From assembly GCA_011109175.1 (NCBI GenBank), contig RDEW01000015.1, positions 452,310 through 516,309 on the forward strand: a stretch of DNA of 64,000 bases. The letters are read 5' to 3'. A program made the position numbers and the translations under genes. The first letter of the stretch is position 1, and each line of letters opens with the position of its first letter. The notes beneath the pieces are model-generated. The model saw only the letters and a list, made by a program, of their open reading frames with translations, had not been told where the DNA came from and ran no database searches. This document shows positions 59,990-64,000 of the stretch, one piece after another. The DNA is from Dicyema japonicum. Its lineage: Eukaryota; Animalia; Dicyemida.

Positions 59990-61590
59990 TTTATTTATTA
60001 TAAATGAATAAAAATTAAATTAAGGCATCTGAATGGCATGCTATTTCCCCTAACAATAGCCAACGAGATACGTTCTCGGAACCAACCAGTCTCTCGCGAT
60101 CCTTGGTCACAGCTTGAATCATGGAGCCGATCTTACGAACCAACTCATCTGCTTGGGGCCAAGGATTCCTGACGTTTCCACCGCGAATGAACAAAAGATA
60201 CTCCTCCGAAATTCTCTGGTACTTCCTCCTCTTTCGTTCCTCGGCCTGCTTTGAAGCATGTCCTGGGTCTGAAGCAGAAGCAACCAAATTAGACGGGGAA
60301 TAAGTATCAACACACGTCGCGTCCCAGATCAGGTTTCGTCCGTTGGCGAATGGAAAAGTCGTCATCCCATCAGGGCGTTTTCCATCGTTTCGGGAAAGAC
60401 CAGCAGGTTCTAACAGGCAATGGTGTCCAGCAGAGGCAAGGGAATTCTTTAATGTCATGTTAAGACAGGAGTGCCTGGGGAAACGACCCGCACTCATCTT
60501 GCATGACAAGGGATGATAACCAAAAGGATCGATCCAACGTCCACAGCGGCATTTTCTTTCGGCACACAATTTAAGACCAAGACGAAGCGAGGTAGCTATT
60601 CTCACAGCCTCATCATCCAACAGGTTTCCAATTTCGGCAGATGGAAAGCGTTCATCCAGGCCCCCGTCGAGTGACAACTGGCTGTTTTGAGGCAGGCAAG
60701 CCTTCTTACATCTTCCGTCTTTTCAAGGGACTCTTTCTTCTTTTCGAAGACACAAAAAATAGGACTTTTGCTTATCACAATTGACCGGAGCATTCAGGTA
60801 CAAATTCATCCATTCATCCCAGGCTCCCGACGGCGTCAGCGGTACGTTTAGTCCGGAAGTAGAGTGAAGGACCGTATCCACTAAACGCCTTGACGAGCCG
60901 AACGAAGATAAATAGGCGCCCAAAGCAACGTCCGAAGGAAGAGAAAGACCCAAACCACCGCAGGCTACAGGGAGTGAGGCCTGTAACCATCCGAAATCAT
61001 CAAAACAAACATTAAGAATGGACCCCATCGTTGACCGGATATCCATATCAATTAACGATAGAAGGTCTTTTTCGGCGTAGCATGGGGATCCCCGTAGAAT
61101 AAAAAGGAGTTTTGGGAAGGAGACAATTCTTCATCATAAAAAAGGCGACGTGACAATCCAAAAAACTCATCCTGTCGGCATATTGACGTAAATTAGTCCT
61201 CTTGCCTTCCAATAACTCCCTCACCCGGTTTACCAAAATCCCACACCCAAGGAAGTCGAGAGAATCAATATGAGTCTCCCTAACCCCTGGGATGATTCGC
61301 AGAGTTTTCTATGAAAAAGGTAGAATGAATCGGAACTCAAATTCAGATTAATTGCTTCGCACTTTTCATTGTTAAATTCCAGACCGATTTTTCCACACAA
61401 ACTCTGATCGACGCAACTTTGGAGAGAATATCATCGGGACTTCCACCGAGAATACAATCGTCCAGATACCAGACGTTCAGTGGAGTGCAACGGTCCTGGG
61501 CAATATGGTCGATAGACAAGGAAAATAGAAGAGGACCGAGTGGGTCCCCCGTTGATCTCCGGATCCGGACGAAATAATTGCACTGTTTTA
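59990..61590 (-). mobile_element. CRE-clade non-LTR retrotransposon, 5'-truncated within RT, decayed
   Basis: WYLDDCILGG, LEFNNEKCE, QASLPVACGGLG, LLDDEAVRIATSLRLG, CRCGRWID..HPLSC, RH..LN, DGKRPDGMT, WDATCVD, AVETSG. Confidence 0.92.
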
Positions 61591-61639
61591 TTTTTTGAAT
61601 CTAAATCTTTTAAGAGACGAAGAAAACGAATAATTAGAA

Positions 61640-64000
61640 TTATCTAGTGGAGATTTCTTCATCTCGGGTGTATCAAGCTATCACAAGCCACAGCGAGCGT
61701 GCTTGGAGTATGGCACTGCCAGTCAAGCCTCAGCCTATGCAGGGAGGTTCCCTGTTCCCGTGCCAATGTTAACTCTCCGTTAATTACCCATCAACCACGG
61801 ACCCTAAAACATTCCTACGTCTCATCTCTGAATTACGTTCTTCACGGACTATCCCTGTGAGGATTCACAAGGCCGTACGACCTGTCGCTGCGGAGGCCCT
61901 TTCCAAAACGATCGAAGATGCCCTCCGGATTAACGCAGTACATGATTGGATGCGCTTAATCAGTTTTGCATCTTCCACACTGGGACTTGATCGAAATGGT
62001 CACGGAAAGGAGTCTCTCGCTACCTCCATGAGGACCAACATTCGTTCTTTTTTAGGAGGTATCCACATCCCCAGTTGTCCCATGGCTTCTAACCGTACGA
62101 GGAGACACGTGGTCAGAACGAGAAAGTCGAAGTGCTCTGTTTCAAAAGAACTGTCCGGTCGAAGTTAATCGAAAGTGGTACCCGCGCAGCCATCAGGGCA
62201 TTTTCCTCGAGTGGACCACAAAAACCGACTCCAGACGCCTATAATATTTTACTGAACAAGCATCACTGCCACCCCAAAACCTACGCCAAGTCGCTCCCCC
62301 ATCCGGAGTGAGTCCCCTGATTGCATTAAACGATAAAGTTCTCATCGCAATGGAATTTTGCCCCTAGTAGCATTCAATTATTTCACTTATGAACCTGATC
62401 ATGTCTGGAGTTGTTCCCAAAGTTATCTGCCAATTCGATAGCCTTTGATAAGAAGAGAGGCGGAGTACGACCAGTTGCGGTCGGGTTTGTCTTCAGAAGA
62501 CTGCTAAAATTGCCTCCAGACAATCTATTCCACTCGTCACAAAATTCTTGAACTCCCCTCAAGTAGACGTCGGTATTCGCTTGGGATGGGAGGCCGCTGT
62601 CCATTCAGTGAGAACATTCATAAACCGAAGTATAGAAGATTCCCGGGGACATGTCCTGGTAGAACTGGACATCAAGAACGCCTTCAGTGGTCTAAGGAGT
62701 AACAATATCCTGGAGGCGTGTGTTGAGAGATGCCCTAATCTTTTCGAATTTGTGAATCAGTCATACAGCCTACCTTAATCCTTACTTTTCGGGGACTTTT
62801 TAATTCATTCGTATTCTGGAGTGCAACAGATAGATCCCCTTGGACCTCTATTGTTTTGTCTTGTGATAGAGAAAATCACCAAAGTTCTGCGCTCGCCCTT
62901 CAACCTATAGTATCTGGATGATGCGGTCCTCGGAGAACCCAGGATAATATTTTCCGGGATTTGGAAGTGATAATTCCAGCACTGTTGGAAGCTGGACTGA
63001 AATTAAATTACACTAAATGCGAAATCTACAATTGCGGACTTTCAGAAGAGAAGTATTCAAAAGCCTTGTCATGTTTCGGAAATTTACTGCCTGGAAGTAT
63101 TTCCACACCCGATGAAGAACTTATATTCCTCGGATCCCCAATCACCATAAATACAATGGGAAGAGCTATACGTGAAAAACGACTGTTACTCGGAGAAACT
63201 CTACCCGCTTGTGTCTACTTGACATGCACACAGCATTATTCCTCCTGAAAATCAGTCTCAACGTACAGAGGATTGCATATGTCCTGAGGACTGCTCCCTA
63301 TTTCACCCTGTATGACCAACTCGCACAGATTAACGAGATCTTCCGTACGACAGCGGAACGTATCTTCAACGTCCGGTTCGAGGACTATTCATGGAAGAAA
63401 GCCACGCTGCCAGTAAGACTCGGAGGACTTGGAATTCGAAACCCTGTGGACCTTTCTCTCCCTTCATACCTATCATCGCTAGTAGCCTGTAACTCCCATG
63501 TCAAAAAAATTATACACTCTCTACCTGAGTTCTCTATTGACAAGGACGCCGGCCATGCTCGTGAGGCCTGGAACCGCACTTATCAGCTTTCCCTGACTTC
63601 CTCGTTCTCTCAGCGGGGCTTGGACGATGCTATATGCTAGAATTCTTTCAAAGATTTGTTGGTGTCATCTAGCCAACATCGCCGTGCCTGTTTGTTGTCG
63701 AGGGCGTCTTCCGAGAGCGGTGCCTGGCTCAACGCCATTCCCAATGGAGTTCTGGGTACCTTCCTGGATGATGAATGCGTCTTCATATTGGGATCTCATT
63801 GCGACTGGGATTAAAACTCTGTGTTTCACATCCGTGCCGATGCGGAGACAAGATCGACTGTTTTGGCCTACAATCTCTCTCCTGCAGGAAGAGTGCAGGC
63901 AGATTTCCAAGACACCTAGCCTTGAACGAAGTCGTTAGGCGAGCCTTGGACGCCGCCGGACACCCCTCCATGCTCGAACCAGTCGGTCTTTGCAGGCGAA
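61640..64000 (+). mobile_element. CRE-clade non-LTR retrotransposon, long decayed copy running off the window
   Basis: RPVAVG, QVDVGIRLGWEAAVH, VLVELDIKNAF, GVQQIDPLGPLLF, YLDDAVL, GLKLNYTKCE, ATLPVRLGGLG, SGAWLNAIP, LEPVGL. Confidence 0.92.

Noticed and set aside
1-64000. Alternative genetic code or stop-codon readthrough
   Set aside because: In-frame stops in host genes are removed by short GT-AG introns, and genes end in ordinary TAA/TGA.
1-64000. CRISPR arrays, prokaryotic operons, rRNA genes, spliced-leader RNA
   Set aside because: No regularly spaced repeats, no bacterial-type genes, no rRNA signatures, and no SL RNA recognisable at CRE junctions.

Overview
AT-rich eukaryotic (animal) genomic DNA, standard genetic code, no prokaryotic features. 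Host genes are fragmented in the ORF track because they carry many ultra-short GT-AG introns (mostly 21-27 nt). That size plus metazoan gene content (ETS/pointed, C-type lectin, FN3, Ig) suggests a dicyemid mesozoan or a similarly reduced parasite; this is inference. Genes reconstructed by hand-splicing: glycogenin (partial), an Ets1/2-pointed factor, MOGS, a TSSK-like kinase, VAMP7, an ~8.3 kb secreted CTLD-FN3-Ig gene, NSUN5, TLCD4/TMEM56, U6 snRNA and tRNA-Leu(CAA). Much of the rest is decayed mobile DNA: about ten CRE-clade fragments, many RTE-clade copies, three microsporidia-type RLE retrotransposons, Penelope relics, two hAT elements (one with an exact 8-bp TSD), other APE-LINE relics and a Gypsy fragment. 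Best candidates for novelty: (1) a dispersed family of short SINE-like elements carrying a covarying ~61-nt pseudoknotted RNA fold with HDV-ribozyme topology but a non-canonical core, some joined to a covarying 3' stem-loop and TAAA tail; (2) a 2A ribosome-skipping motif (GDVEENPGP) near an RLRGG motif; (3) microsporidia-type retroelements in an animal genome; (4) a giant secreted lectin-FN3-Ig protein. All alignments and folds were done by eye, and TE boundaries are approximate.
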